A DNA stretch of 25,842 nucleotides from a virus. Its lineage: Duplodnaviria > Caudoviricetes. The stretch lies in the IMG/VR virus record IMGVR_UViG_3300040985_002232, positions 1 to 25,842 of that record. One strand, given 5' to 3'. Positions 1-8,792 of the stretch are shown here, piece by piece. Positions within the stretch are counted from its first letter, which is position 1, and every line of letters starts with the position of its first letter. The notes under the pieces were generated by a model that saw only the letters and a list, made by a program, of their open reading frames with translations, did no database searches and was not told the DNA's origin. Both the position numbers and the translations under genes were made by a program.

Positions 1-576
1 GACCTTCTCGGACACCAACTCTTCGATAAGATCGGCTAGCATCGCTTCGGTGAGGTCGATGTCTTCGTCTAAGTCTTCGGACATCGTCGAGGGTCCAGGT
101 CCGGAATCCTTGGTGTTATTTCGTACGCCGGCAGCCAACTCAGCGTCGTTTCCTTCTTCGGAGGCGACGGGATCGGAAGGGTTGACTTCTTCCGCGCCGC
201 TCTCTTCCAGAGCAATGTCTTCAGCCAGATCCAGAGCGTCGGTTAGGTCAGCCTCTTCGACAACCGCGTCTTCTTCGGCGAGTCGCTCTTTAAGCGCATC
301 AAAATCGATCTCCACCATCTGTTCGACCGGGGGAGCATCGATCTCTTCGTTTGCAAAGGCATGAGGAACATCTTTAGCGAACTCCATCAGATCTTCACCG
401 TCAGTTGTGTCCTCTTCTAGTTCTCCTAATCCCATTTCGTCCTGCTCCAAGAGAGTATCGAGGGCTTTTCTAACCTCTCCCGAGTACTTCTCCAATACAG
501 CATCCTCCGCGTTTTTAAGGGCGGCTTCTTTGAGGGCTTTGGCATCTACGATTGCTTCTTCTAATAGTGAAGACAT
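1..576 (-). CDS. Putative prohead scaffold/core protein (T4 gp22-like role), N-terminal part; runs off the window
   Basis: Not in the ORF track. ATG at 576 with GGAG upstream; frame open to position 1: MSSLLEEAIVDAKALKEAALKNAEDAVLEKYSGEVRKALDTLLEQDEMG... Very acidic and helical with many L-x-E sites. Function is inferred from composition and head-module context. Confidence 0.7.
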   Translation of the reverse strand, partial: MSSLLEEAIVDAKALKEAALKNAEDAVLEKYSGEVRKALDTLLEQDEMGLGELEEDTTDGEDLMEFAKDVPHAFANEEIDAPPVEQMVEIDFDALKERLAEEDAVVEEADLTDALDLAEDIALEESGAEEVNPSDPVASEEGNDAELAAGVRNNTKDSGPGPSTMSEDLDEDIDLTEAMLADLIEELVSEKV

Positions 577-609
577 AAAATTAACTCCATATCTGATGAC
601 TTATCAGAA

Positions 610-617
610 ATAAATAG
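610..617 (-). promoter_or_regulatory. Candidate late-promoter motif CTATTTAT
   Basis: Same octamer recurs at 4469-4476, 8769-8776 and 25350-25357, each 16-33 nt upstream of a minus-strand start; here 33 nt before ATG 576. Confidence 0.6.
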
Positions 618-662
618 TTCCTAAGATGGGGAAATGACTAATAGTTGTGTTTTTGTGGTTTC

Positions 663-773
663 TTACGCCGAGCCAGATGGTGGGGGTGGCGGCGGTGTCG
701 GTGTGCCGGAAGAAACAAAATTGATTTTTGATTCAAGGATTATCGTCTTTAGCTCTTCTCTGGTTACTTTCAT
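663..773 (-). CDS. 36-aa micro-ORF with leader motif and hexaproline
   Basis: Not in the track. GGAG-N7-ATG; MKVTREELKTIILESKINFVSSGTPTPPPPPPSGSA*; N-terminus matches the MKI(S/T)KxxLKxII(K)E family. Confidence 0.65.
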   Translation of the reverse strand: MKVTREELKTIILESKINFVSSGTPTPPPPPPSGSA

Positions 774-795
774 TGTTTTGCTCCGAATAATGATT

Positions 796-1512
796 TTATG
801 CGTTCGAACTCAGTTTAGCCAGTGTTCTCCAGCGTCCCTGTGCTGAGATTATGATCACACACATACCGTTGGTGGGAATCTGTACACTACCTGGAACTGT
901 GTCGTCTATGAACTCACCGGTTTGAGCCTTTATGTATGCTGAGTATCCGCCGTATATCTTCTTTACAGAATATATTCTTCCGGTTGAACTGGCCAGTGTT
1001 GGAAGTTGGATGTGTATATCACCATTGGTGCATTCACAATCTAGGTGGAAGTAGGAGTCATCTACATTTAAAGTATAAACTCCGGTGCCAGAGTTGTGCT
1101 GAACATAAGTGGTGGCAACCGATAGGGACCCGTTGACTGACAACATCGACAGCGGTGAAGTTGTTCCCACTCCGAGGCGGTCGTTAGTGTCGTCCCAGTG
1201 AAGGTTAGTATCTCCACCGAAGGCGCCCCCATTATTATACTGGATCTGTCCGTCGCTGCCGCCCGGGTCGGTGCTGCCGCCTCCACCGGAGATCCCTGTT
1301 AAGTTGGAGCCGTCGCCATAGAAAGCAGATGCTGATATGTTCACGGAGCTGCTGACGACAGATCCCGATGCCTCAAGAAGGGTTACTCCGCCGGCGACAA
1401 GTCCAATATAGTCTTCTTCGAAGTTAATATAAGTGTTGCCGTCGGCATCTACCGATTTCTTGGCGTAGATATCATCTTGTTTGGTCGGTCCGTTGCTGTA
1501 TTTATATGACAT
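796..1512 (-). CDS. Short fibre-like virion protein (238 aa)
   Basis: AGGAG SD overlapping the upstream TAG; contains NISASAFYGDGSNLTGI and QIQYNNGGAFGG motifs, a RLGVGTTSP fibre motif, and the C-terminal LP...G...K...ID...W domain shared with neighbours. Confidence 0.65.
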   Translation of the reverse strand: MSYKYSNGPTKQDDIYAKKSVDADGNTYINFEEDYIGLVAGGVTLLEASGSVVSSSVNISASAFYGDGSNLTGISGGGGSTDPGGSDGQIQYNNGGAFGGDTNLHWDDTNDRLGVGTTSPLSMLSVNGSLSVATTYVQHNSGTGVYTLNVDDSYFHLDCECTNGDIHIQLPTLASSTGRIYSVKKIYGGYSAYIKAQTGEFIDDTVPGSVQIPTNGMCVIIISAQGRWRTLAKLSSNA

Positions 1513-1526
1513 TGTTTATATAACTC

Positions 1527-4448
1527 CTACCAGGCTCTGCCGGCTATTTGATACCATACATGGGTACCTGAGGATCCAGACTGGGCTACTATCGTGGACC
1601 ACCAGTTATTGCCGGCGATCGCTTTGAAAGCTGTGGATGTCTCTATCTTGTCTCCAGACCCTGTGGCGCCTGTAACATTTATTGCGTATGTACCAGCGTT
1701 GTTGCCAATATCTTTGATGGTTAGTTCTAATCCATGCGTTGCGGCACTTATTGCGGGGAGAATAACCATTGTTGATCCCGTGAGCGCGCTGGTATCGACT
1801 GGGTATACTCTATAAAACGGGGATGCGATGGTATTAGTATATCCTGTCAGTTTTGTGCCGAAAGATATTTGCTGCGCGCCGCCAACCGCCAGTCCGCCAG
1901 AAAGGAAGAGCGAGTTAGCACGGAGATCTTGATCGGCGGTGGCGCCAAACATGATGGTGCCGTCATCCGAAGTCAAGACTTTGTTGCCTTCGAAGTTGAG
2001 ACCACCGAACCTTGCCGTGGCACCCATGATCGCGGCGGAGCCGGAGATCTCACCACTACTATTCAGGTGAGCTGTATGGGCGCCGCCGCCGGTGTGACCA
2101 GCAAGGATATTACCGATACTCAATATGGATGCGCCGCCGGTGTATACACTGCTCACGTTAAGACCGACGTCCGAAGAGCCAGTGATCGAGACTGCCGCCG
2201 AAAAGTTAGACTGAGCGCCGTTGACTTCGATACCATTCTGTGATGTGAAACCACTCTCCGCGACGGCGTCGCCCGTGAAAGTTATGTTAGCCCCCTCTAT
2301 CAGCGTTTCGCTCGAAGCACTAACCTGAATTACTCCGTCGTTGTTGGGGGCGTGGATCGTCAGAAGGTCCTGATTTCCGCCGCCCATATTGACATAGCCT
2401 CCGGCGATGAGAATCGATGTGTCGGTCGAGCCGGGGGTGGCCGCGAAACCAACTGAGCCGAGACGTCGACCGGCGCCTCCAAAGATGCTGTCGCCTGTAG
2501 AAGAACTAAGGACTAAAGATGCTGCGTTATCGCCGGTTTCCGAAATCTTAACCAAGCTTGAGGAGGGGTTTATTGACAAGACGTCGTGAATATAGAGAGT
2601 TTCGCCATTTTGTCCTGTTGACTGATTAACAAAAGGTACATAGAATGTAGCGTTGGATGCATCTGTGGTTGTGTCGACCGTGTCGGAACTTAAGCCCGTG
2701 AGATTAGAACCATCACCATAGAAAGCAGACGCAGAAATATTTGCTGACGATGAAATGTTGTTATTTCCAGAACTTAATACTATACTTCCCGGTGAGTTAA
2801 AGTCTAGATTTGATCCGTTGTTTGTAATTTTGGCTGTATTTGACGACCCATTAAACGAGAGCGAATCTCCCGATTGAAGTTGCATCGGCGCATGCACCTG
2901 AATTGGCGAGCAGCCGCTAAGGTGGGTGACTGAGGCGGTTCCGTCGCAGACGATCAAGTTGCCCGAAACATAAGTGTTGTCTGTACTCGTTGTTCCTAAA
3001 ATCATATAGTCATTAGAAGAGGTAGTATTATTATCAATAGTTATAAATTGTTTACCCCCGGCAACTAGCGCCATAGAATCAGAACCTGCAACTCCAAATT
3101 GCAGATATGTGTTAATGTCACCGCGCGATATAAGATATCCGCCACCACTGCCATTCCCAAATTCTACATTGCCATTAACCGAAAGAGCATACGCGGGCGA
3201 ATCGTGACCGATTGCGACTCGACCTGAGCCCGTAACAAACAACACGGGACCAGTTTCGGTCAGCCCATCGACACGGAACAGTGCTTCATCGCCAGAAGAT
3301 GAAACGTGCAGGGTTGCGCCTGGAGCACCACTCGTTCCAATTGACAGGCTGCTGGTTGTGTAAGCGTTAGATGAATCAAGTTCTGTAAAGATGCCGCCCC
3401 CTCCGCCGCCGGGTAGGTTCGTCAAGTTCGACCCATCGCCATAGAAAGCAGAAGCAGAAACATTTACGCTGGCGGAAATATCACCCGTCACTGATAAAGC
3501 ATGGTCCGGGTTTATATTATTGATTCCCACCATATTGGCGGAAGACGAAATGAATACTGTGTTATCCTGAACAGAACAGTTTGTGTCGTTTCCGACGAAG
3601 AGATATCCCGTGTCTAAGTTGGGGGTTGCGTTTGCGCGACCGGGACCAGTGATCTTAATCTGCCCGTCTCCGCCTCCGCCATTACGAACAATCTCACCCA
3701 TGTTCTGAATAAAGTTAGAGCTTCCTGTGGGACGAGTTGGTGTTAAGCTTCCCGACGTTCCACCGGATCCTGTCTGAACATATGCTGTATCTCCAACGGC
3801 AAATGTTTGTCCGTAAAGAGAAGTAAGGTTTAGATTCTGTAGGGATCCGAAGGTGACGATCTGAACCGAGGCACCATTTGTTGCGTCCTCTCCAGCCAGA
3901 CCAAATGCTGGCATCTTGTCTTCATCATCACAGGCGGCTAGTGCTACTGTCGGGGTCTGTCCCGAAACACCCTTGATATAGATCGCTTGTCCCTTTGAGA
4001 TCGAAGCCCCTTCGTCGTTCACTGCTGGGAAACGGACGGCGCCCTCTAAGTCACCATAAAACTCATAGCTGTCAGCGAGGCGGACGTTGCCGGTGACCGT
4101 CAGGTCTAGGGAGGAAGTGTTCCATGTTAGCGCTTGGGAGCCACTCAAGTCGCCGCTAGCGGGAGTATCATATCTCCACTGGATGGCGAACTCTGGTCCG
4201 TCTGCTACATTGACTGCAGATGCTGTAATCCCCGTCAAGTTCGAACCGTCGCCATAGAAGGCCGAGGCTGAGATATTGATTGATGCTGATATATCTGTGG
4301 TGGCTACGGTTGAGCCGTCCCATGTTAGATCTGAGGATCCTCCGAAGGCTCCCGCATTGTTAAACTGAATGTTTGTGTCTGCGCCGCCGGGTGTTCCAGA
4401 TGCGCTTGAGCCACTTACGTATGCCCAACCTTGATTTTGAATAGCCAT
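1527..4448 (-). CDS. Long fibre-like virion protein (973 aa)
   Basis: Gly/Ser/Thr-rich; three N(I/V)SASAFYGDGSNLT repeats; VGINNINPDHALSV, LSIGTSGAPGATLHV and VAIGHDSPAYALSV fibre-type motifs; AGGAG SD. Confidence 0.7.
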   Translation of the reverse strand: MAIQNQGWAYVSGSSASGTPGGADTNIQFNNAGAFGGSSDLTWDGSTVATTDISASINISASAFYGDGSNLTGITASAVNVADGPEFAIQWRYDTPASGDLSGSQALTWNTSSLDLTVTGNVRLADSYEFYGDLEGAVRFPAVNDEGASISKGQAIYIKGVSGQTPTVALAACDDEDKMPAFGLAGEDATNGASVQIVTFGSLQNLNLTSLYGQTFAVGDTAYVQTGSGGTSGSLTPTRPTGSSNFIQNMGEIVRNGGGGDGQIKITGPGRANATPNLDTGYLFVGNDTNCSVQDNTVFISSSANMVGINNINPDHALSVTGDISASVNVSASAFYGDGSNLTNLPGGGGGGIFTELDSSNAYTTSSLSIGTSGAPGATLHVSSSGDEALFRVDGLTETGPVLFVTGSGRVAIGHDSPAYALSVNGNVEFGNGSGGGYLISRGDINTYLQFGVAGSDSMALVAGGKQFITIDNNTTSSNDYMILGTTSTDNTYVSGNLIVCDGTASVTHLSGCSPIQVHAPMQLQSGDSLSFNGSSNTAKITNNGSNLDFNSPGSIVLSSGNNNISSSANISASAFYGDGSNLTGLSSDTVDTTTDASNATFYVPFVNQSTGQNGETLYIHDVLSINPSSSLVKISETGDNAASLVLSSSTGDSIFGGAGRRLGSVGFAATPGSTDTSILIAGGYVNMGGGNQDLLTIHAPNNDGVIQVSASSETLIEGANITFTGDAVAESGFTSQNGIEVNGAQSNFSAAVSITGSSDVGLNVSSVYTGGASILSIGNILAGHTGGGAHTAHLNSSGEISGSAAIMGATARFGGLNFEGNKVLTSDDGTIMFGATADQDLRANSLFLSGGLAVGGAQQISFGTKLTGYTNTIASPFYRVYPVDTSALTGSTMVILPAISAATHGLELTIKDIGNNAGTYAINVTGATGSGDKIETSTAFKAIAGNNWWSTIVAQSGSSGTHVWYQIAGRAW

Positions 4449-4468
4449 TAAAATATGCTCCTGCTCTT

Positions 4469-4476
4469 ATAAATAG
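4469..4476 (-). promoter_or_regulatory. Candidate late-promoter motif CTATTTAT(A)
   Basis: Sits immediately downstream of an intrinsic terminator and 20 nt before ATG 4448, where re-initiation would be needed. Plus strand reads TATAAATA at 4468-4475. Confidence 0.65.
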
Positions 4477-4488
4477 ATTCCCGAATGC

Positions 4489-4523
4489 AAAAAGGGTGGG
4501 TACCCCGAAAGATACCCACCCTT
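4489..4523 (-). terminator. Rho-independent terminator
   Basis: Sense sequence AAGGGTGGGTATC-TTTCG-GGGTACCCACCC-TTTTT: GC-rich stem plus U-tract just after the stop of 4557..6671. Confidence 0.85.
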
Positions 4524-4556
4524 AAGTGTTAGCAGAATTAATCGGCTAGTCTAGGA

Positions 4557-6671
4557 CTATACGATTCTCCACTTGTCAGAACCGACATATACCAATGAAA
4601 CAGCGGCATATGGGGATTCGAGGACGAGTGCCGAAGCACCATCAATGTCCTGGGAACCAGCAGCACTGATTGTCATGGTTGCACCACCCGGGAGGGCGGC
4701 AGCCTTGACACTAACCTGATCACCGGCATCCGGGGATGCTGGCAACGTCATGGACTGAGCCACGCCGGAACCGAGGTCCGCAGCGTAGTTGAGACCCTCA
4801 ACGAGAGTACCACCATTGCTCCAAGCAGACGGAGCAACAGCGCCATCAGAAGAGAGCTGACCGTTGGTAGCAGTTAAACCTGCACCAGCGATCTGACCGA
4901 TGATGGTTGCCCAAGAGCGGCTCTTGAGAGCGCCATCAGAAGCATCACGGTAGTACATTGCATCAGCAGCGATATCGAACGCAGAGTCGAGATCAGCAGA
5001 GAACTGAACCGAAGCATTGCTCAAGTCAATCGCACCGTCAGCTGTGATAGCTGCCATTGTGGAAATACCATCAACGTTCAGCGTGGAGCTAAAGTCAGCA
5101 GTAGTACCATCGATGGCGTCAAGATAAGCAGTACCATCAATATAGATGTCCTTAAACTTCTTGTCAGAAGCACCGATATCAATAGCGTCATCGCTCGACG
5201 GATAGAAGGTTCTCGGGAAAACCACACCCTTCTGACTACCAGAAGTGTTGATCTTCAAGAAATCTCCACCAGAGCCCGTGAACATCAAGAGTGCACCGTT
5301 GCCGGAGAAGCCGTCAACGCCGTCTTTGATCTGCCAAGTAAGTGCATTGGCTGTCTGATTTAGAGAACCAGCGTTCCAAGTCACTCCGTCGCCAGAAGCA
5401 TTACCAAAGGTGACGTTTCCATTGAAGGCTGCAGCCTCGTCAACGGTGAGATCACCGCGAACCTGTGTGCCAACACCAGAAGCTGCAAGCTTTGTATCGC
5501 CCGAAACGTCCATTGTGCTGTTTGCGTCGATTGCGCCAGAGAAGCTAGCTGCTGCCAAAGTGGAAGCGCCAGATACACCGATTGTAGAGCTGAACGATGC
5601 AGCCTCGTCAACGGTGAGATCGCCGCGGACCTGTGTGCCCACGCCGGATGCGGCGAGCTTAGTGTCACCAGACACATCAAGTGTGCTGTTGAGGTCAGAA
5701 GCGCCGGCAATCGTGATACCAGCCTGCAAGTTCATTGCACCCTGGAAGTCGGAAGTGGAGTTAGCGTCGATTGCACCAGAGAAGCTAGCTGCTGCCAAAG
5801 TGGAAGCGCCTGCAACATCAAGAGCATCTGCCATCTCGACTGAGCCTGCGAACGCAGCGCCGTCGGCGGAGACCGAGAAAATGTCGCTGCCGTCAGCGGC
5901 GTAGACGCTCATCGCGCCGTCGGCCAGGTAGGAGCTACCACTAGCAGAAGAAGACACGTACAATGACAGATAACCGTCATTTTCGGATCGGTCGTCTGTA
6001 TAGCCAAGCGCTGCCTGGTCTTCGAGTTCGCCGGCGGAGCCGACGGTGATCAAACGACCCTGCGTGAGGTCAGAGACCTTAGCAGATGCCAAGACAGTTG
6101 CGCCAGCAACAGCGAGAGCTGCCTGCAAGTTTACATCACCCTGGAAGTCTGCAGTCGAGTTTGCGTCGATTGCACCAGAGAAAGATGCTGCTGCCAATGT
6201 GGAAGCGCCATCAACGTTCAGAGTGCTGTCGCAATCGACTGCGCCCTGGAGGTTGGAAGTGCTGCTGTTAATGAGAGCACCATCCATTGTGATAGCTGCC
6301 AAAGTGGAAGCGCCATCAACGTTCAGAGTGCTAGAGAAATCAATCGCACCGTCAGCTGTGACAGCTGCCATTGTGGAAGCGCCATCAACGTTTAGGGTGC
6401 TGTCGCAATCGACTGCGCCCTGCGCGTTAAGGGTAGACTGTAGTACAACAGCGCCCTGGATGTTCGCAGACGAGTTAGCGTCGATTGCGCCAGAGAAGCT
6501 AGCTGCTTCCAAAGTGGAAGCGCCAGCTACGGCAAGAGTGGACTGCATGTTAACTGCGCCGGCGATGTCAGCAGAGCTGTTTGCATCGAGAGTGCCGTCG
6601 ACACGGAAGTCTTCTTCCTGTCGTAAGGAGCCGCTCATAATTGCGTCTCCGAGTTGGAATTTGTATGCCAT
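4557..6671 (-). CDS. Repetitive Ala/Ser/Asp/Gly-rich fibre-like virion protein (704 aa)
   Basis: Strong AGGAGGA SD; many LxVxGASTLAAASFSGAIDANS-type repeats; C-terminal domain (TLPASPDAGDQVSVK...IDG...ESPY...W) paralogous to that of 6841..8325. Confidence 0.7.
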   Translation of the reverse strand: MAYKFQLGDAIMSGSLRQEEDFRVDGTLDANSSADIAGAVNMQSTLAVAGASTLEAASFSGAIDANSSANIQGAVVLQSTLNAQGAVDCDSTLNVDGASTMAAVTADGAIDFSSTLNVDGASTLAAITMDGALINSSTSNLQGAVDCDSTLNVDGASTLAAASFSGAIDANSTADFQGDVNLQAALAVAGATVLASAKVSDLTQGRLITVGSAGELEDQAALGYTDDRSENDGYLSLYVSSSASGSSYLADGAMSVYAADGSDIFSVSADGAAFAGSVEMADALDVAGASTLAAASFSGAIDANSTSDFQGAMNLQAGITIAGASDLNSTLDVSGDTKLAASGVGTQVRGDLTVDEAASFSSTIGVSGASTLAAASFSGAIDANSTMDVSGDTKLAASGVGTQVRGDLTVDEAAAFNGNVTFGNASGDGVTWNAGSLNQTANALTWQIKDGVDGFSGNGALLMFTGSGGDFLKINTSGSQKGVVFPRTFYPSSDDAIDIGASDKKFKDIYIDGTAYLDAIDGTTADFSSTLNVDGISTMAAITADGAIDLSNASVQFSADLDSAFDIAADAMYYRDASDGALKSRSWATIIGQIAGAGLTATNGQLSSDGAVAPSAWSNGGTLVEGLNYAADLGSGVAQSMTLPASPDAGDQVSVKAAALPGGATMTISAAGSQDIDGASALVLESPYAAVSLVYVGSDKWRIV
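5524..6524. repeat. Intragenic ~47-bp near-identical repeats (4 copies)
   Basis: GCGTCGATTGC(G/A)CCAGAGAAGCTAGCTGCTGCCAAAGTGGAAGCGCC and close variants at 5524-5570, 5764-5810, 6163-6209 and 6478-6524, encoding GASTL(A/E)AASFSGAIDA. Confidence 0.9.
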
Positions 6672-6797
6672 TTTTTAAATCCTCCTATAGATTAAATGAC
6701 GAAACGCGTGGAAAAAACAAAAAGGTTTGGGGGTATCACTATCGGAGGAAGGAGTTGCTAAAAATATATACCCACACTCGTTTCACATAACATATAG
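6672..6797 (-). promoter_or_regulatory. Candidate structured 5' leader with anti-SD segment
   Basis: Motif variant CTATATGT (6790-6797), followed by complementary pairs GAAACG/CGTTTC and GGGTAT/ATACCC, and CTCCTTCCTCC (6744-6754) complementary to the SD AGGAGGA (6680-6686). Confidence 0.4.
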
Positions 6798-6840
6798 CCT
6801 TAGACGAAATGAAAAGAAGAATATTCTATATTATTTATTT

Positions 6841-8325
6841 TTAGTAAATGAACCAGTTTGTTCCGTTAGAGTAGATAAGTACTGAACCATACGGAGATTC
6901 TATGTGGGCCGCTGATTCGCCGTCTATTGTTTGAGATCCCGACGGGTCCAATAGAATAGTGTCGGACGCTGAAGCATTACCACTCTCATCTTTTATAACA
7001 AGGACCTGTCCTTCTGCAAATAACGTAGCATTAAGTTCTATTGCTGTGGGCGTGCCTGTAACTGCCAAGAAGTATTCTGAGGCTGATGCTGTGTGGCTCG
7101 TTACGATTGCTGTTCTTGCATGTATTAACCCCGAATCAACCGTGAGGTGATTGTTTGCAGAGTTGTATAGGATGCTTGCGCTGCCGCTGATCTCCCCTGA
7201 GACCGGGGTATTCACGCGGAACTGGAGCGAGCCGACTGGTCCGTCTGCTACTTCGACGGCGCTGGCTGTTACGCCCGTTAGGTTGGAGCCGTCGCCATAG
7301 AAGGAGGAGGCTGAGATATTGGCGGAAGCAGTTAGCGCTCCTGCAATTGCTACGGTAGTACCATCGAATGTAAAATTAGATGAGCCCGCAAAATCGCCGG
7401 AACTGTTATATTGTATTTGTGTGTTGGTGCCTGCAGCGGCAGTTGTAATTCCGGTTAACTTTGATCCATCGCCATAGTAAGCTGACGCCGATATATTAAC
7501 AGAGGCAGAGAGATCGCCAGTGAGCGATAAGAGACTACTTGCAGTTAAGAACAAAAGTCCGGCTTCGCCACCAAAGTCTCCGCCGCCTGCATTAAACTGT
7601 ACAGATCCCACGGGACCATCAGCACTCAAGCCCGTAGCAGATACTGTAAGATTCCCGTTGGGACCAGTGTCATCGAGTGTGATACCTGTACCTGCCTTCA
7701 ACACTCTTTCGTTGGGCAGCTTGGCTTCAGAGTTCACCGTTATATAGCTGGCGGCGATTGGAGGGAACGGGGCTGTTCGGGGTGTTTCATCTCCGGAAGC
7801 TACCTCAAACTCTTTTTCTCTTTCGAGTCCCGGCATAACTTTGAAAACGCCCTGACGAGCGCGAATACAGTCAGCTGTAACCTGGAACTTGTGCTCGACT
7901 TGACCGAATAGAAATCGTGTATCGTTATAGAGTCTTACAATCTCGTAGAACTCGTCGCCATATTGAACAAAGTCACCAACGCGGACATAAAGGTTTTGGT
8001 CTTCGACTAGGCGGCGGCGGTGAAAGTTGACAGTAAGCTTTGTTTGGTATTCATATCCGAACTTCTCGTTGGTCTGTTCGTTTTCGACCACGACGTAGGC
8101 ATATACTCGGATTGGTGGGAGAGATACTTTCTCAACTGCTTCTCCATATGTTTCATTAAAGTTGGATTCTTCTGCACTTATCGCATAATAAGCAATCGGT
8201 TGTCCGATAATACGCTCGGACAGTTCATCATTAACTTGTTTTACTAGGTCACGTTCTTTTTTACCAAAGAACATGGGCGCTGGTGGGGCGGCCGGTTGGT
8301 TCCACTTATGTTTCGGATCTGACAT
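6841..8325 (-). CDS. Neck/head-completion protein (T4 gp14-like N-terminal domain) fused to fibre repeats (494 aa)
   Basis: N-terminal ~165 aa with YGEA...E.F G.E...VGDFVQYGDEFYEIV pattern resembling gp14-type neck proteins; remainder has two NISASx(F/Y)YGDGSxLTG repeats and the shared C-terminal domain. Confidence 0.6.
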   Translation of the reverse strand: MSDPKHKWNQPAAPPAPMFFGKKERDLVKQVNDELSERIIGQPIAYYAISAEESNFNETYGEAVEKVSLPPIRVYAYVVVENEQTNEKFGYEYQTKLTVNFHRRRLVEDQNLYVRVGDFVQYGDEFYEIVRLYNDTRFLFGQVEHKFQVTADCIRARQGVFKVMPGLEREKEFEVASGDETPRTAPFPPIAASYITVNSEAKLPNERVLKAGTGITLDDTGPNGNLTVSATGLSADGPVGSVQFNAGGGDFGGEAGLLFLTASSLLSLTGDLSASVNISASAYYGDGSKLTGITTAAAGTNTQIQYNSSGDFAGSSNFTFDGTTVAIAGALTASANISASSFYGDGSNLTGVTASAVEVADGPVGSLQFRVNTPVSGEISGSASILYNSANNHLTVDSGLIHARTAIVTSHTASASEYFLAVTGTPTAIELNATLFAEGQVLVIKDESGNASASDTILLDPSGSQTIDGESAAHIESPYGSVLIYSNGTNWFIY

Positions 8326-8356
8326 TTAGCTGCCCCCTTTAAGAGTAAATATCTCC

Positions 8357-8752
8357 TTACCCGACAAGAGCCCCTAAAGATCCTGACCAATTTGATCCTT
8401 CTGGCGAAACAGCTCTGTTATTGATGCTTATGGACTCAATCCCAGTGAGTCCGGCGCAGACGTCGACATCGTCGCCTCCGGAGAGATGAATCTCAGTGAT
8501 CTTAACCTCAAGACGAGGTGACATAGTACCGGAGGGAACTGTAATATAGTTATCGCCCGCAACTCCTAGGGCTGAAAAGCCAACTTTGCAGGGGACGGCT
8601 GTGTTGTTTGTTACTGTCACCCAACTTGTTACGGTAGGGAAAGAAATTTGGACTGGACTTGTGGCATCGATGCCGCCCGATACATATGGGGCCCCTGATA
8701 CTTGAAATGATCCAACATTTCCTAACCCTGGTTTGTAATTATAAGTTGACAT
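8357..8752 (-). CDS. Hypothetical, probably a small beta-rich virion protein (131 aa)
   Basis: GGAG SD, upstream CTATTTAT motif, Gly/Ser/Val-rich, located in the structural cluster. Confidence 0.6.
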   Translation of the reverse strand: MSTYNYKPGLGNVGSFQVSGAPYVSGGIDATSPVQISFPTVTSWVTVTNNTAVPCKVGFSALGVAGDNYITVPSGTMSPRLEVKITEIHLSGGDDVDVCAGLTGIESISINNRAVSPEGSNWSGSLGALVG

Positions 8753-8768
8753 TCTCTATCTCCGTCTA

Positions 8769-8776
8769 ATAAATAG
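8769..8776 (-). promoter_or_regulatory. Candidate late-promoter motif CTATTTAT
   Basis: Exact octamer in the 40-nt gap between the bS21 gene and 8357..8752, 16 nt before the ATG. Confidence 0.6.
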
Positions 8777-8792
8777 ATACCCGAACACTGTT

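Noticed and set aside
50-846. Plus-strand ORFs 50..364, 407..613 and 634..846
   Set aside because: Ser-rich antisense readings of the minus-strand scaffold-like gene and the 36-aa micro-ORF, both of which have SDs.
4557-6671. Diversity-generating retroelement TR/VR pair
   Set aside because: Repeat differences are mostly synonymous and not adenine-specific; no reverse transcriptase in the window.
5410-6678. Long plus-strand ORFs 5410..5904 and 6046..6678
   Set aside because: Antisense shadows of the repetitive minus-strand gene; no SD or independent protein features.
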